Positions 23,877 through 50,808 are shown, numbered from the stretch's first letter. The stretch is DNA of 64,000 nucleotides from the human T2T-CHM13v2.0 reference genome, Homo sapiens (GCF_009914755.1 NC_060936.1), one strand, 5' to 3'. Numbers and translations: made by a program. The notes: generated by a model from the sequence alone, not told the origin.

Positions 23877-24471
23877 TGTATTAGTCAGGGTTATCCTAAT
23901 CAACCATATATCCTATTGGTTAGTCAGAACTAATAGGATATAGGTATATATAAAAGGGAATTTATTAAGGAGAATTGGCTCACACAGTTACAAGGCAAAG
24001 TCTCATGATAGACCATCTGCAAGCTGGAGAAAGAGAAAATCCAATAGCGGCTCAGTCCAAGGCCAAAAGCCTCAAAACCAGGGAAGACGACAGTGCAGCC
24101 TTCAGCCTGCAGCCAAAAGGCCTAGAGCCCCAGGAAGCTGTTGGTGTAAGTCCCAAAAGCTGAAAAACCTGGAGTCTGATGTCCAAGGACAGGAGGAGAG
24201 GAAGCATCCAACATGGGAGGAAGAAAGAGAGCCAGTAGACTCAGCGAGCAAAGCTATCCCACCTTCCTCCCCCTGCCTTGTTCTAGCAGCACTGGAAGCT
24301 GATTGGATGGTGCCCACCACATTGAGAGTGGGTCTTTGTCTTCCAGTCCACTAACTCAAATGTCAGTCTCCTCTGGCAATACCCTCACAGACACACCCAG
24401 AAAAAATGCTTTACCAGCCACCTAGGCATCCCTCAATCCAGTCAAGTTGACACCTAATAGTAACCATCACA
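23877..24471 (-). mobile_element. Solo ERVL LTR, MLT2A/MLT2B-like
   Basis: tgtattagtcagggtt...caagttgacacctaatagtaaccatcaca termini typical of MLT2. Confidence 0.82.
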
Positions 24472-24777
24472 TATATTTACTTTCATTTTTGCTTTTATAA
24501 ATCAGGGCTTTTCTTTCCTTATGTCTTCCGACTGATTTTGTCTATGAAAGCTATTGATTTGGTTTCTGTAGTTTTTCTATTCTTTTGATCTTTTGGAAAC
24601 ATAATTATATAAACATGCAAATTCCAATTTTTCCTTTCAAATTTTTATGCTTCTAATTGCTTTCTCATGTCTATTAGCTAATACTTTCAATACAGTAATT
24701 AAACTATAGTAAAGGTAGTGGGCATTTTTTTCTTGTTCCTGAGTTTAGTGGGAAATACCCTCATATTTCTCTATTAA

Positions 24778-27674
<2,897 letters not shown>

Positions 27675-30458
27675 CCAAATTTTCACTTCTTAATTAAGTG
27701 AATTTATATTGGATTTAATTATTTATAAATATTAAATTATAAAAGTGAAAAACGTTAGTAGCAAACAGATAATACAAAAATCTATATTTGTTGGTAAATG
27801 CATTTCCATAAAGGGCTAAGAAAATATCATTAAGTTATTTTGTCAGTAATGTATACTTGTCTGGTGGGACTGACATGATTAAAATGACCTCATCATAGAA
27901 GCTTACAACTTTAAAAAAATATAATTGTGTCTCACATTGCAATATACTTTAAATTTTGAACAATGCTTTAACAGCTTTTGTTTCATTTATCCTTCTGTCA
28001 GACTCATAAGATTAGTGGGACAAATAATATTTTTTATAGATGGCTAAACTCAAGCACCAAAAATATAATTTTCCATCCTCTTTTCATAAAATTAGCCCAG
28101 GAATGAATGAATAAATGAAGTCAAATATTTTAGTTTAGTGCTTTTTTAGCAAAATAAAGCAATAGGTCATATTTTAATTTGTAAACATTGCTTGGACTTT
28201 ACCAATTTTTACAGGCTTTTAAATTTTGTATCAGCTACTAGATCTCAGCAAAAGCTATCGTGGAAAGCTACTCTTGTCCAAACCTCATTTTTGGCTTTGA
28301 AAAGTTATTGAATCCATACTGTTACAAATTGGCAGTGAACCTTCACTGTGCCAAACAAATGAATTGCTCCCATAGTACCACTTTTCTCTGTGGTACTTCA
28401 GGTTGTACCCTCCCAATGTGCCTTTTAGCTTGCTGGGGAAGTAGTAGATTCAGGAAGTCAACATGTGATTGAAAAATTCCCTTGGCTTTTAACATCCACT
28501 TCCAAATTGGTTTAAGACATGGGAGTGTTTTAAATGATATCTGGAAGTCAACAGTGTATGCTTCATGACATCTTTGCTGTCTAGAGAAAAAAATAAAAGA
28601 TCAATTATGCAGCAGTTTCGCTTTACAAGAGACTATGCCACCTCCTAGCATTTTTATCTTTTCTTAAGAAAATGCTGCCTAAATCACAGGAAATACTAAT
28701 TGTTATGGCCGTATTTGGCATAAATAGTACTTACAATTCAGTGTTAGATGTTCCCTCTATGCAAATGTGAGGGAAAAAACCTAGTGCCAGGTTATTAGCC
28801 TTTATTTTTGAGAAATCATGGTGAATAGGAGACGGATCCAATGACAGGGAAAAAAAAAAGCAGTCTTTTTTTTTAAGGGGAAAAAGATGTCATCATTTGG
28901 AAATGATAACTTAATTTTTGAACAATGTCTGGTCGGAAAAGAACAAATCAAGTAAGGTATTTGGCAGTTACCTAAAAGAACAGAAGGTATCGGGGAACAT
29001 TAAGCATAATTTTATAAAGAACAAATCTTGGTATACCAGTTTTATTTTCTACTATGATAAAGTGATAGGCCATATGGACAAAAGAGAAGAAGTTTCTTAT
29101 ATTTAAAATTATATAATACAGCTGGAGGTATAATTCACTGAGGTGCCTGATTTAGTATCACATGGTTCACTGAGGTTTCTGGTTTGATATCACATAGTAA
29201 TCTCCAAAAAATCATGTCCTTTGCCCCCCATCTGTTAAACAGTTGGTGAGAAGGTATTGATAATTAGTGGCATGGTGTTTGGAAAGAACACTATGCCAGG
29301 AATCACATGCAAAATGAGGAAAGGGGGACTCACATTTATTGAGCACTTTTTATACAAAGCTCTGTTCCAGGTACTTTGCAAATAGATACTTTTTTACTTC
29401 TTGTAAAAGGTGTTGTTACCATTTCCCTGTCACAGTTGAGTGATGCTCGAGGAGATTGCAGTTTCACACAGCTAGTAAGTGGCCAAGCTAAGACCCAGGA
29501 CCTCTCTAAGATCTGTTGACCTTGAAGAAATTACTCGACCTCCCTGAGGCTTCTCTATCTGTAAAATGGGGCTGATTGCTCTTTATTATCTCTAGGAAAG
29601 GCACATGAAATAATAGGTGCTAAAGCTTCTGAGAAACTCAAAGGCTCAGTCAACATATAACACCTGGCATCTGAAAGTAATCATTTGCATGGGTGGTATG
29701 TTAACTATGTGTGTCAGAGGCAGCATGGTGGAGTGGTTAAGAGTGGCTCTAGAACTTGGTTGTTTGAGTGCAAATCCTGGTTTTGCCGTTTACCAGCTGG
29801 ATGACCTTGGACGAGTTCCTTACCCTCTTTATACTCAGCTGTAAAATGTGAATGTTTGTAGTATGTAACTCCTAGAATTATTTTGAGGATTAATTGAACA
29901 TGCTTAGAACAGCACTAGGCACATAGTAAATGCTGTGTGTTAGTTCTTAGTATTTGTATATTTTTGTCAATCACTTGGATGAAGAATTTGAAAGCTAGAA
30001 ATATAGTTCACAGCTTAAAAGTTGAAACTAGTATTTCCCAGACTGGGAGCAATTTAGTGGAAATAAATATGAAATAGTTTCTGTTTAGGAATAAATAATT
30101 TACACAAATTTAAAATGGAATAAGATAGCATTAATGAGAATAATTCTAGCTGCCATTCTCTGAGCAGTTACTGCATGCTCAGTCTTGAGCACTTAAAAAA
30201 TATAGCTTTAGTAATGGTTATACAACAGCAACATGAATGTACTTAAAGCCACAGAACTGTATACTTAAAAATGGTAAAAGTGGTAAATTTTATGTTATCT
30301 CACAATATACCCTAATTCATCCTCTCAGAAAGCCTCTGAAGTAAATATTACCTCCATTTTGTAACTTAAGAAACAGAGAAATTGAAATAATTTTCCCAAA
30401 GTTACACAGTTAGCATGTAAGAGACTATTGCCATCCTAATGGCAATATTTTATTGCCA

Positions 30459-30546
30459 TCAAATATGATTCCTAAAATTTACCCATTCCTATAGTGCCTT
30501 GGAGATGGCACTATTAGAATGGGTAAATTTTAGGAATCATATTTGA
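30459..30546. repeat. Near-perfect inverted repeat / hairpin
   Basis: 30-bp perfect arms 30459-30488 / 30517-30546, plus an 8-bp inner stem and 8-nt loop. Confidence 0.95.
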
Positions 30547-31604
30547 CTCTAAAGAGGACTACACTGTGAACAATCATTAATTGGGAAGTGTATATTTGCC
30601 AGAAATTATATGACAGCCATTTGTTTGGATGTAAAACTTTATTCCTTGATTGTCGATATGTAGTTATTTGATTGATCTTATCTTGGAAAAATTTAGGAAC
30701 ATAATGTTAATTTGCGTAAATGTAACAAGTTCTAGACATATACAGTGATTTATATTCTTTAGTCATTTTCTTTTTAGAGGTCCATTAGCAGTTTTTAGTT
30801 TGGTGGTGAAGTATACATTTTGATGCTTCCTACTGCCATTAAAGTTAATATTCCAGATGTTACATACTGTCTAAGAGTTTTAGCTCTTCTGATTGCAGAT
30901 GCTACAGATATTTTTTTCTTTACTAGGCCTTTTTATTGGTATTTCATTGGTTTTCCTTATTAGTAAAAGACGAAGTTTCTGGAAGTACTTCCCCCCCATT
31001 GTACTTTATCATTTTAACATTTTATTTTCATAAAGTAAGGCAGTACACAGGAATAAGCACAGGCATGTATTTTTCTCTTATCTGCCAGAGTTCTGACATA
31101 AGTAGGAATTGCTTGAACAGTTGAAATGATCTTCTCAGTGATAAAAGATACATTTTCCTACCCATCCAGTCAATCTTGATTTCTTTCCCTTCATACCAGT
31201 ATTTGAAAGATGATAGAAACTACACTCTATTAAATGACTACATTTAGTTTAGAGATTACACCCTGCTAACATAACTGAAAATAAATAGTAATGAATATTT
31301 TACTGTTTTTATATCTCAAAGGTTTTTATATTGAATTTTAAGTATATCTTAATATAAATCTGGTTGAATTGATAGTCTCAAAATATTTTGATTGCTGTCA
31401 TCTCTGAGGAAATGTACACACAAAAAATGCCATGGAGATTTGCCCTTTATCCTGATTTGTTTATTATTATCAATACTTTAGATAAATAATAATTTTTTAA
31501 TTAGGCAATTACAACGTGCCATATATCATACTAGGCTTCTTATATACATTATTCTCATTTTTGTCATTGTACGACTCTGTAAGTACAATTTTTTTTTATT
31601 TAGG

Positions 31605-31917
31605 TTTCTTTTTTTTTTTTTTTTTCCCCAGAGACAGGATCTCACTCTGTCACCCAGGCTGGAGTGCGGTGGTGTGATCATGGCTTACTGCAGCCTGAAA
31701 CTCCTAGGCTCAAGTGATCCTCCTACCTCAGCCTCCTGAGAAGCTCGGACTACAGGCACGAGCCACCATGCCCAGCTAATTTTCTTTTTTTGTTTTGTTT
31801 TGTAGAGATGTGGTCTCACTATGTTTCCCAGGCTGGTCTTAAACTCCCGGCCTCAAGCAGTCCTCCCACTTCGGCCTCCTGAAGTGTTAGGATTACAGGC
31901 GTGAGCCTGCGCCTGGC
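31605..31917 (-). mobile_element. Antisense AluJ (host of the exonised terminal exon)
   Basis: AluJ-type motifs gctcaagtgatcctcc and tgtagagatgtggtctcactatg. Confidence 0.88.
31632..31739 (+). CDS. IFT81: Alu-derived alternative terminal coding exon of a short IFT81 isoform ([35 protein letters not shown])
   Basis: Long T tract + ccccag| acceptor in the tail of an antisense AluJ; 35 codons + TGA in phase 0 after the exon ending at 26826; ~396+35 = ~431 aa, matching the short IFT81 isoform length as I recall it; AATAAA at 32181-32186. Confidence 0.75.
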   Translation, partial: RQDLTLSPRLECGGVIMAYCSLKLLGSSDPPTSAS

Positions 31918-32180
31918 TGTAATTACTATACCCAGTTTTTACAGATAAAGGATCTGAGACATGCAGAGGTTTTAAGCTGACTTGCCTGACACCCCATTGC
32001 TAGTAAGTAGTAGAACCAGGAGTTGGATTTAGCAGTCTGGCTGTAGAGTCATCAATAGTTTGCACATGACAGAAAGCTGGAAGAAATAGTCAACCTGAAA
32101 CACATGATGGAATTATAATTCAGAATCATCTTGGTAGATAGGGGCACTGTGCTTAAACAAAATGCCATTAATGGGATTAT

Positions 32181-32186
32181 AATAAA
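32181..32186 (+). terminator. Candidate polyadenylation signal for the Alu-derived terminal exon
   Basis: AATAAA ~440 nt after the TGA at 31737-31739, followed by T/GT-rich sequence. Confidence 0.45.
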
Positions 32187-32559
32187 TATAATGTGGTAGA
32201 ATTCAAGTTTTGTTTGCCAATTCAACACATCATCTGTTACTAACGCAGCTTTAAAAAATGCATAAACGATTATACTACATTAATTTTTTTAAAAAGTATC
32301 CTGTTTATGGTCTGATTATGCCTGGAGTATTATTTTATATTTTTGACTTCATGTTTTAAGAGACAATCATGCCAGAGTCCCACATGAGGGTGACTAAAAT
32401 GGACAAAAAGTCTGGAAACTTTCATATCAATAATTGATTATGTATTAACTGAAACAAAAGACTAGAGAAAGACACAGTGGGAATTGATTATGTATTAACT
32501 GAGGAATAAAAGACTGAAGAAAGACATAATAAATAGTTAAAGGATTATGGAAAAGATGG

Positions 32560-33218
32560 TGTTCAGAAAAAAATTAACATGCAGGCCTGAGACTGCTATC
32601 CCTAGAAAGGTCTGCTTGCAAAGTTGGCCCTTGGCTGGCATCTGGGGGAACTTGGTTCTTGGATGGATTCCTGCCATTCACTGATAAGAATGGCTCACCT
32701 TGCCTAAAGTATATGAAGAGTGTGCTTTATGTCGAGCTCCTGCTTGCTTGCCTCTTTCTTTGTCTTTCTTTCTTTTCCTTCCTCCCTTCCTTCCTTCCTT
32801 CCTTCCTTCCTTCCTTCCTTCCTTCCTTCCTTCCTTCCTTCCTTCCTTCCTCTCTCTCTCTCTTTCTTTCTTTCTTCTTTCTGGAATTTTGGTACAGGCT
32901 AGGCAGAATGTGCCTAGATGATCAGCTCCTAGTAAAAACCTTGAGAACTAAGTCTCTAATGAGCCTCCCTGATCATTTCATGCGTGTTGTTATAACTCAT
33001 CACTGGAGGAATTAATTATGCCCTCTGTGACTGCAGTGGGAGACAACTTTTAGAAGTTTGCACCTGGTTTCCTCCAAATTTCACCCCATGTGCCTTTTCC
33101 CTCTGCGATTTTGCTTGGTATTCAGTGTAATAAATCATAGCTAAGAGTATGACTGTATACTTTGAGTTCTCCCAGTGAATCACTGAATCTAGAGATGGTC
33201 TTGGGGACCCCTGACACA
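32560..33218 (+). mobile_element. Solo LTR, MER21-like, containing a (TTCC)n microsatellite at ~32776-32850
   Basis: TG...CA termini, 5-bp TSD GATGG, end ...ggtcttggggacccctgacaca. Confidence 0.78.
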
Positions 33219-33272
33219 GATGGATTAGTGTTATTTTTTTTGTTTATGAGAAAGCCAAATTAGGACCAATGA

Positions 33273-33958
<686 letters not shown>

Positions 33959-35888
33959 TGATCCACCCGCCTTAGCCTCCCAAAGTGCTGGGATTACAGG
34001 CGTAAGCCACTGTGCCTGGCCAGGTTTTTTAATCTTAAAAAATCTGATTATGCCAGGCATTGTGGTTCATGCCTGTATTATTTTTTAAATACCTGGTGAG
34101 AAACTTAAATTTGCCATTTAATCTGGTAGCCTTCAGCTACCTCTTTTGGCGTGATTTTTGCTGTTTCATAGGCAGCAATCTCAGCTTGAAGACTTTCTCT
34201 CATTTACTGGAAGGACGAAGAATAGAACATGTGCCTCTTGTAAGTAGTGCCAGTAGCTAGTGATTTTACCATCTTAGTCACCTTGATCTCTCTGATTCTC
34301 TGCTTTCATAATTTGAAAGAGCAAACAAAAAATCAGTCCCAATGATATGCAGTACTAGTACCCTTCCCAGAGTGGTCATTCAGATGAATGCATGCCTTTG
34401 GGATCTGAATTTTTTTTATAGCAATAAATGTACCTCCAGTTAAGGTTCCACTGGAACTCATGCAATGAAAGGTCATCCTTGGTTTATGGTGTATGGGAGT
34501 ATTATAGTCCATTGTGTTTTCTCCCCTGACCATCACAAGAAGCTCAGCTGTTTTGTAGTTACAGCTACTTTTAAAATATGCTTGGTCAAATAATATTTAT
34601 AAGCAGCTTTAGAAAGGGCCAGCCAATTCATTCTACAGCTACTGACAAATCTTAGAGCTAAATTGGAAAGATTATGAAATCTTCTTTAAATACTTCAAAG
34701 AGAAGCACAATGAAGATAAGGGAATCCTGGCAAGATGTGCTGCAGCTGTCAGGTCCTGAAAAATTAGGAATCAAATTTTGACACTTGTAATTGAATCATC
34801 CACCCTTCTAAGTGAGCCTAGGCAAACCTGTGATATTTTTAGAACCTTTCAAATCACATTGTACTCTTTAGAGTTCATAGCAGGACCTGAGGCCCCTAAA
34901 ATTTCCCAAGAGAAAGAACAAAACAGAATCAAATAAATTTGGCTCAGTTCACTGTAATAGAAGTGTAGTGTATTATGCATGCAGTCTAGGTAATGCCACA
35001 CTTTTAACCCCAAATTTTAAAAGTTTTCATGGATTTTTTTTTTTTTTCTGGAGAATTAACTGCTTGGACAGCAGTGGAAGCACCCGTTAGAGATAGTAAC
35101 AGCTGTGTGGTGGTGATTTGATTTATAATAGAAGCACAGAGACCTTGGATGGTGTGATTAACTGTGTTCCACAGATGGATGTTCCTGTGTCACAAATTTC
35201 ATTTAATACAGATTTCTACCCGCATATATCATATCGATTATTACAGACTCTCTTAAAAGACTGAGCAGTTAACTAGCCACTACCATATGTAGATAATTAC
35301 ATTGCTTATGCTTGACTTGGTGAGATTTTCTAATTTACAGTTGAAAATGTGCCACTAACAGGTTAGAAAAGGTTAGAATAGTATTTTTATGTGTATTTAT
35401 GTGGGACTAGTTATGATGCGTGATTTTAAAAGACTGTCATTTTAGCAAATAACAAAGGCTGCTTTGAACATTTTCTCTTGCCTTAAAACAAAGAGCAACT
35501 CTGAGACCAGACTTCAGGGAATCCAAATAATTTATTGGAGCGTGACATGATGGCCTTTTCAGGTTTTCTTCAAGTCTGAAGTTCTGTCTAGAGCACAAGA
35601 CACTGACAAATGAGCAGAAAGACTGTGGGCTTTGTGTATATTCATGCCACTCCTAAACAGTTGGTTCTATCTCATCTCGTGCCTAACTCCCTTGGGCCAA
35701 TTCCTGTAGTTGTCTATGCTTATACATCGTTTGATGAAATAACTGACAAAGATGTGATTTAATTAAGAAATGGAAAATAGCATGGATGTTGGACTAGCAG
35801 GATTTGAAGACAAAAGTGTTCATTCTAGTTATTTTTTCTAACTTACTGAACTTTGGTAAGTAGTATTAATTTCTCTGTAGGTTTCCTA

Positions 35889-37754
<1,866 letters not shown>

Positions 37755-37764
37755 AGAAAAATTA

Positions 37765-38114
<350 letters not shown>

Positions 38115-38117
38115 TTA

Positions 38118-38222
<105 letters not shown>

Positions 38223-39164
38223 TCAGAAAAAAAAAAAAAAAAAAAATGGCTTTGTGTTTCTTAAACAATGTAAAGTGCTTATTATATGATAGTCTTGTCA
38301 AGTCTTCACAGCTAATTACTTTGAAAATCATTTTCATGCCAGATATTGAGGGAGAAAATTTGCAGCAGGAGCAGTAATTCTTGTTTCACATAAATATCTA
38401 GAATGATGCCTGGAATCCAATAATTCTTTTGAGTTCCTGATAAGCGAAAAGCATTTATAAATGGTTACATTCTTAGAGAAATAAACTGCCTATCCATTAC
38501 AAAAGCTAGCCCAGATTCTGATCATTACTCTTAAAGGTTGTAAAACATACTAAATACACAAAAGGAAAAAGAACATCTGTCAATTTCCATTTTGATCACA
38601 GGGGAGCCGAGTCTTTAAAATTGGTCCTGAAGCCAGAAGCTAGCACTATAAAGCATTAGTCCATTACAAAACCCAAATGCACGCAGAGATAAAGATTAGA
38701 GTTTCACACAACTGAGTACTCTCTCAGCACCTGCTAGCATAAACCATAAAGTATTAATCTTATTTGATCTCAGCATCTAAAATGATAGCTGCTCTTTCAT
38801 AGAAGACTAATTTAGATTACAAATGTATATGGGTACAAATGATTAGTAATAGCTGCTATAATGGGCTTCCCTGCCCAGTAGCAAGCTTTGTAGTTTACTT
38901 TACTGACAAATTCATTTGGTTTACCTGTTATGATACACTATGGGAAGCTTTTTCCTTAATGTTCTAAGGATTTGTTGCTTACCTCCTATGCCTTTAAAAA
39001 TTATTTTTTTCCTTTATAGCTAAAGGTGACTGGCTGAGAGTTCTTTATAATATCTTGCCCAGCTACTGCAAAGGCTGAGTGGATTAATATTTTGGCACAC
39101 TCACAATATTTGTGGCACGTGCATGTACCAGAGCATACCCCATTTAGGAAGGTCTGCTCTGGAG

Positions 39165-39378
39165 CAGTGCTACTCAAAGTGTGGTCTGAAGACTAGTTTC
39201 AGTCCAGAGACTGTTAGTTTCTTCTAATCTGCAGCCATATAAATTGAGAGGAAACATTTAGAAACCCTTATAGTCATTTGATCTCGGTATTTTCGTTATT
39301 TTACAAAAGTATCTGATGCACATATGTTTAGAAATTTTTTAAAAAACTCGTCCTTTAACAGATAGTTTGAAAAGTCCT
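39165..39378 (+). mobile_element. hAT-Charlie MITE (MER5C-like)
   Basis: cagtgctactcaaagtgtggtc ... tagtttgaaaagtcctg terminal inverted-repeat pattern. Confidence 0.6.
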
Positions 39379-40961
39379 GCTACTTGTAAAAGTGGAGTTG
39401 GTGAGCCATAGAATATGTATAGTGTCTGCTTCAGTAGACAAGCCAAGTTGTTTTCCAGACCATTGCTCTAAATTATATATCTCCCTCTCTACTTCCTCCA
39501 CATCATCACCAACACTTGGTATTGAAAGATTTTTTATTTTTGCCAGTTGGGTAGGTGTGAAAATGGTATCTCATTGTTTTATTTATTTATTTATTTATTT
39601 TTAGACAGAGTCTGTCTCTGTTGCCCAGTATCTTCTCTGGCATTGAGAAATTTGGCTCCCTTTTTCTATATTGCATTTATTTATTTGCTCAATCAATAAA
39701 CTTGCTTGTTTGCTCAATTTAAATAATCTATCAACTACTCCAGCCTCCTTCTTTACACACCAATCCTGTGTCCCCATCCCACCAACCACATTTTCACCCT
39801 CTGTGTCTATGTTTCCACGACTCCTCACTCACCCCTCTGTGTCCTCAGCTGCCAGGCCTGCTAGCCTATGTCTCTGTGTGTTTCCTCAGCCCCTAATCCC
39901 ATCATTGCATATCCTTGGCCATTCAGCCTGTTGACCTGTACCTCCATTAACTCCCCCTACTACCCTGTGTCCCCAGTCACCAGCCTCCTGGTCCACACTT
40001 CTGATACAACTTCCCAAGCCCCCTCATTTCCCAGTATCTTTGACCTCCGGACCCTGTACCCCGCCATGCCTCTATGCAACCTTACTGGCACCTCCATGCA
40101 GCTCTCTATTTACTGCCTACCTCTCCAGCTACCATTTTGACCCCTGTAAACCAGGAATGGAAGGGAAAAGGAGGGCAATTTTTACTCTTATTCTCATCTG
40201 AGTGTACAGCAGAGTTTACCAGAGGCTTCACAAATGATCAGGCCATTGCTCTGGCCGCTAATGGAATGAGTACTTGTGTTTTATAAGTCTGAAGATTTAG
40301 CTTCAATGTGTTCATCAGTTTTGTTTTTTGTATGACATTGAAGATCCAAAAATAACCTAAAATCCAAATGATAATTAAAAGAAACCACCAATGGAAGAAA
40401 AAACATTGATAATGTGTTTTCTTTTTTCTAATTAATTCTGGAATAGTAGAGCCCTTAGAATGCTTTGATGGCCACCTATTGCTTAATCGTATGTAACTGT
40501 GATTGATCTGACCCAGACTACTCTTCCATTAGTTATTATATATAATGAATATCAAATAATAACCAATCAGCATAGAACACACTCAGTAATTTGTAGGTTT
40601 GTTCTTTCATCAAAAACATTTATAGCTTTCAGCTTTTAAAAATAGTTCTGGAGTACAGCAAGATAGAGAAGGGGAAAATTGGCCTCTATATTACAGAGGA
40701 TAGCAGATGAACAGGGTTGATTTCATTTTGGGCACTTTGCCCAGGACACTTTTAATAGCATATATAGTTACTCTAGGGATTCTGAATCTGTGGTTATGTC
40801 AGGCTTACACATTTATTCTTTAAAAGGAAAATTTGCAAGTTATTAGACTTCAGGTACATTAGTATGACTTAAATTTTTAATTTTTAAAGAAGTTTCTGTA
40901 ACGCAGTCATTGAAAATTTGTGGTGTGAGGGCTGGATTCCTTAATATTAAAACTAACCTAA

Positions 40962-43140
<2,179 letters not shown>

Positions 43141-43293
43141 AATTATTTTATATAGTACAAAAATCTGGAAATTATTAGTACTCTTAATACATAAGAGGAA
43201 GTGATTTTTTAAGTATTATGTTCTGTTTCAGAAATATCAGAAATTTCTGGCATTTTCTTCTGGCATTTGCTTCTTACATTGAGCAATACTTTA

Positions 43294-43954
<661 letters not shown>

Positions 43955-44111
43955 TCATCGAGTCAGTGCTTCAGGACCTTTACACATGCTGTTCTCTCCT
44001 CCTAGGATGTTGCTCCTTGCCTCTTCTTCCTTCCTCTAACACATTCCTACTTCTTCAGTCTTGGCTTAAATATACCTTCTTCCAAGAAGCTTGCCATATC
44101 CCACCTCCCCT

Positions 44112-45858
<1,747 letters not shown>

Positions 45859-46007
45859 TTTATAATAAAACTAAATTATTAAGTTATTATATAATATATA
45901 ATTATTATATAAAGTTTTCTAATAAAACGAAATTATTATATACGTGTGACATGTTGGGAAGTAGAGAAGAAAAAATGTGAATATATTGAGTTTATACAGA
46001 TGTATGA

Positions 46008-46238
<231 letters not shown>

Positions 46239-47417
46239 TAAATACAAATGCCAGGAGGTTTATGGGTTACAGCTTTATACTGAAGTCATTGTTTTTACTG
46301 GAAAAATGATAAAAGTATTACTTTTCTCTGATTAATTACAGACATGACATATAAGTTGATTCATTTATTTTTAATGTAGCAGTAAGCACTGGCTTTTGTG
46401 TGTGTGCTGACTTCGGGGTTATTAATAGAAAAACTTGAATTCCAAGTAGGTTTTTTCTTTTGGTTAGTTAGTTAATATGAGTAAAATTATCATACCAAGA
46501 GAGTGACTGTAAAATATTTTTTTATCATGGCCTGCTGGGCAGAAATTTCTAAGCAGCCACTTCCAAGAAGCTTTGGAAAGAAATATCCAGGGAAGTGCTG
46601 TGTGGAAGTCTGCCTCCAGGCTTATTCCTTATGTGTTTGTGCCTTGGTTGTCTGAAAAAAGTTAAACCCAAAGTAGTCCCACAGCAAAGTTGTTCTCATT
46701 GTGGATGCCAGTTCCTCAGGGTTTCCTTCATTTGGCTTTTTTTTTTCTTTCACCAACGAGGAAACTTTCATCTGGGTGCTGGTTTACCAGCTAGCAATAA
46801 TCTGGTAGAAGTAAGTGGAATTTCAACCAGTTGTGTTTCCTTTTAACTGGCAATATGAACTGTCTCATGCTGATGAATATTATTTGCTTTTAGGGAACTT
46901 AAGACTGAAAATTTACTGTGAATCAACATGGATTCTAACAGCACTAACTTTAAAACTGATAGTAGTAACTGCATTATTGTTTACTTCAAAATATCTTCTA
47001 ATTTCTATTGTGATTTCTTTGACCTTTTGGTCATGGCTTAAAATCCAATATTTGGGGGATTTTTCTAGTTACCTTTCTATTATGAATTTCCAGGTTATTT
47101 CCATTGTGACCAGAGAGCACACTCTGATTTCAGTCCTGTGAAATTTGTAGTCTTGCATTATGGCCCAGCATACGGTCTGTTTTGGTAATTGTTTCATGTG
47201 CAGTGAAGAGAATGTATATTCTGCAGTTGTTGGGAATAGTATTCTAAATATGTCAATTCAGTCAGTATGTTAGCCATGATATTCACATCTTCCATATCCC
47301 TGTTGATTTTTTGTCTGCCTGTTCCATCAGTTACTGAGAGAAGTGTGTTAAAAATCTCTAACTATAATTATGGCTTTGTTGCTTTTTTTAGTTCCATCAG
47401 TTTTTGCTTCATATTTT

Positions 47418-50620
<3,203 letters not shown>

Positions 50621-50808
50621 ATCCCCATCCACCTGTATTCTTCCCCAATTCACCACAAGTGAAAGTCTTATTAATTGCACTGCTGCAACATGCCTGGGAC
50701 TGTCAGTACTCTACCTGCCACAGTAATAGAGTCCTTAGTTCCATTTAGCCAGTGAGTGATTGCACTCTAGTGCTTATGCCAGAGATTATGATATACACCC
50801 TTGACTGA

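Noticed and set aside
24295-24315. Possible DUX4 site in the MLT2 LTR
   Set aside because: The sequence reads CCATCCAATCA on minus, a poor match to TAAYBBAATCA
39575-39628. ttttag|acagagtc Alu stub as another exonisation candidate
   Set aside because: Only ~28 nt of Alu remain, and nothing in the sequence supports use as an exon
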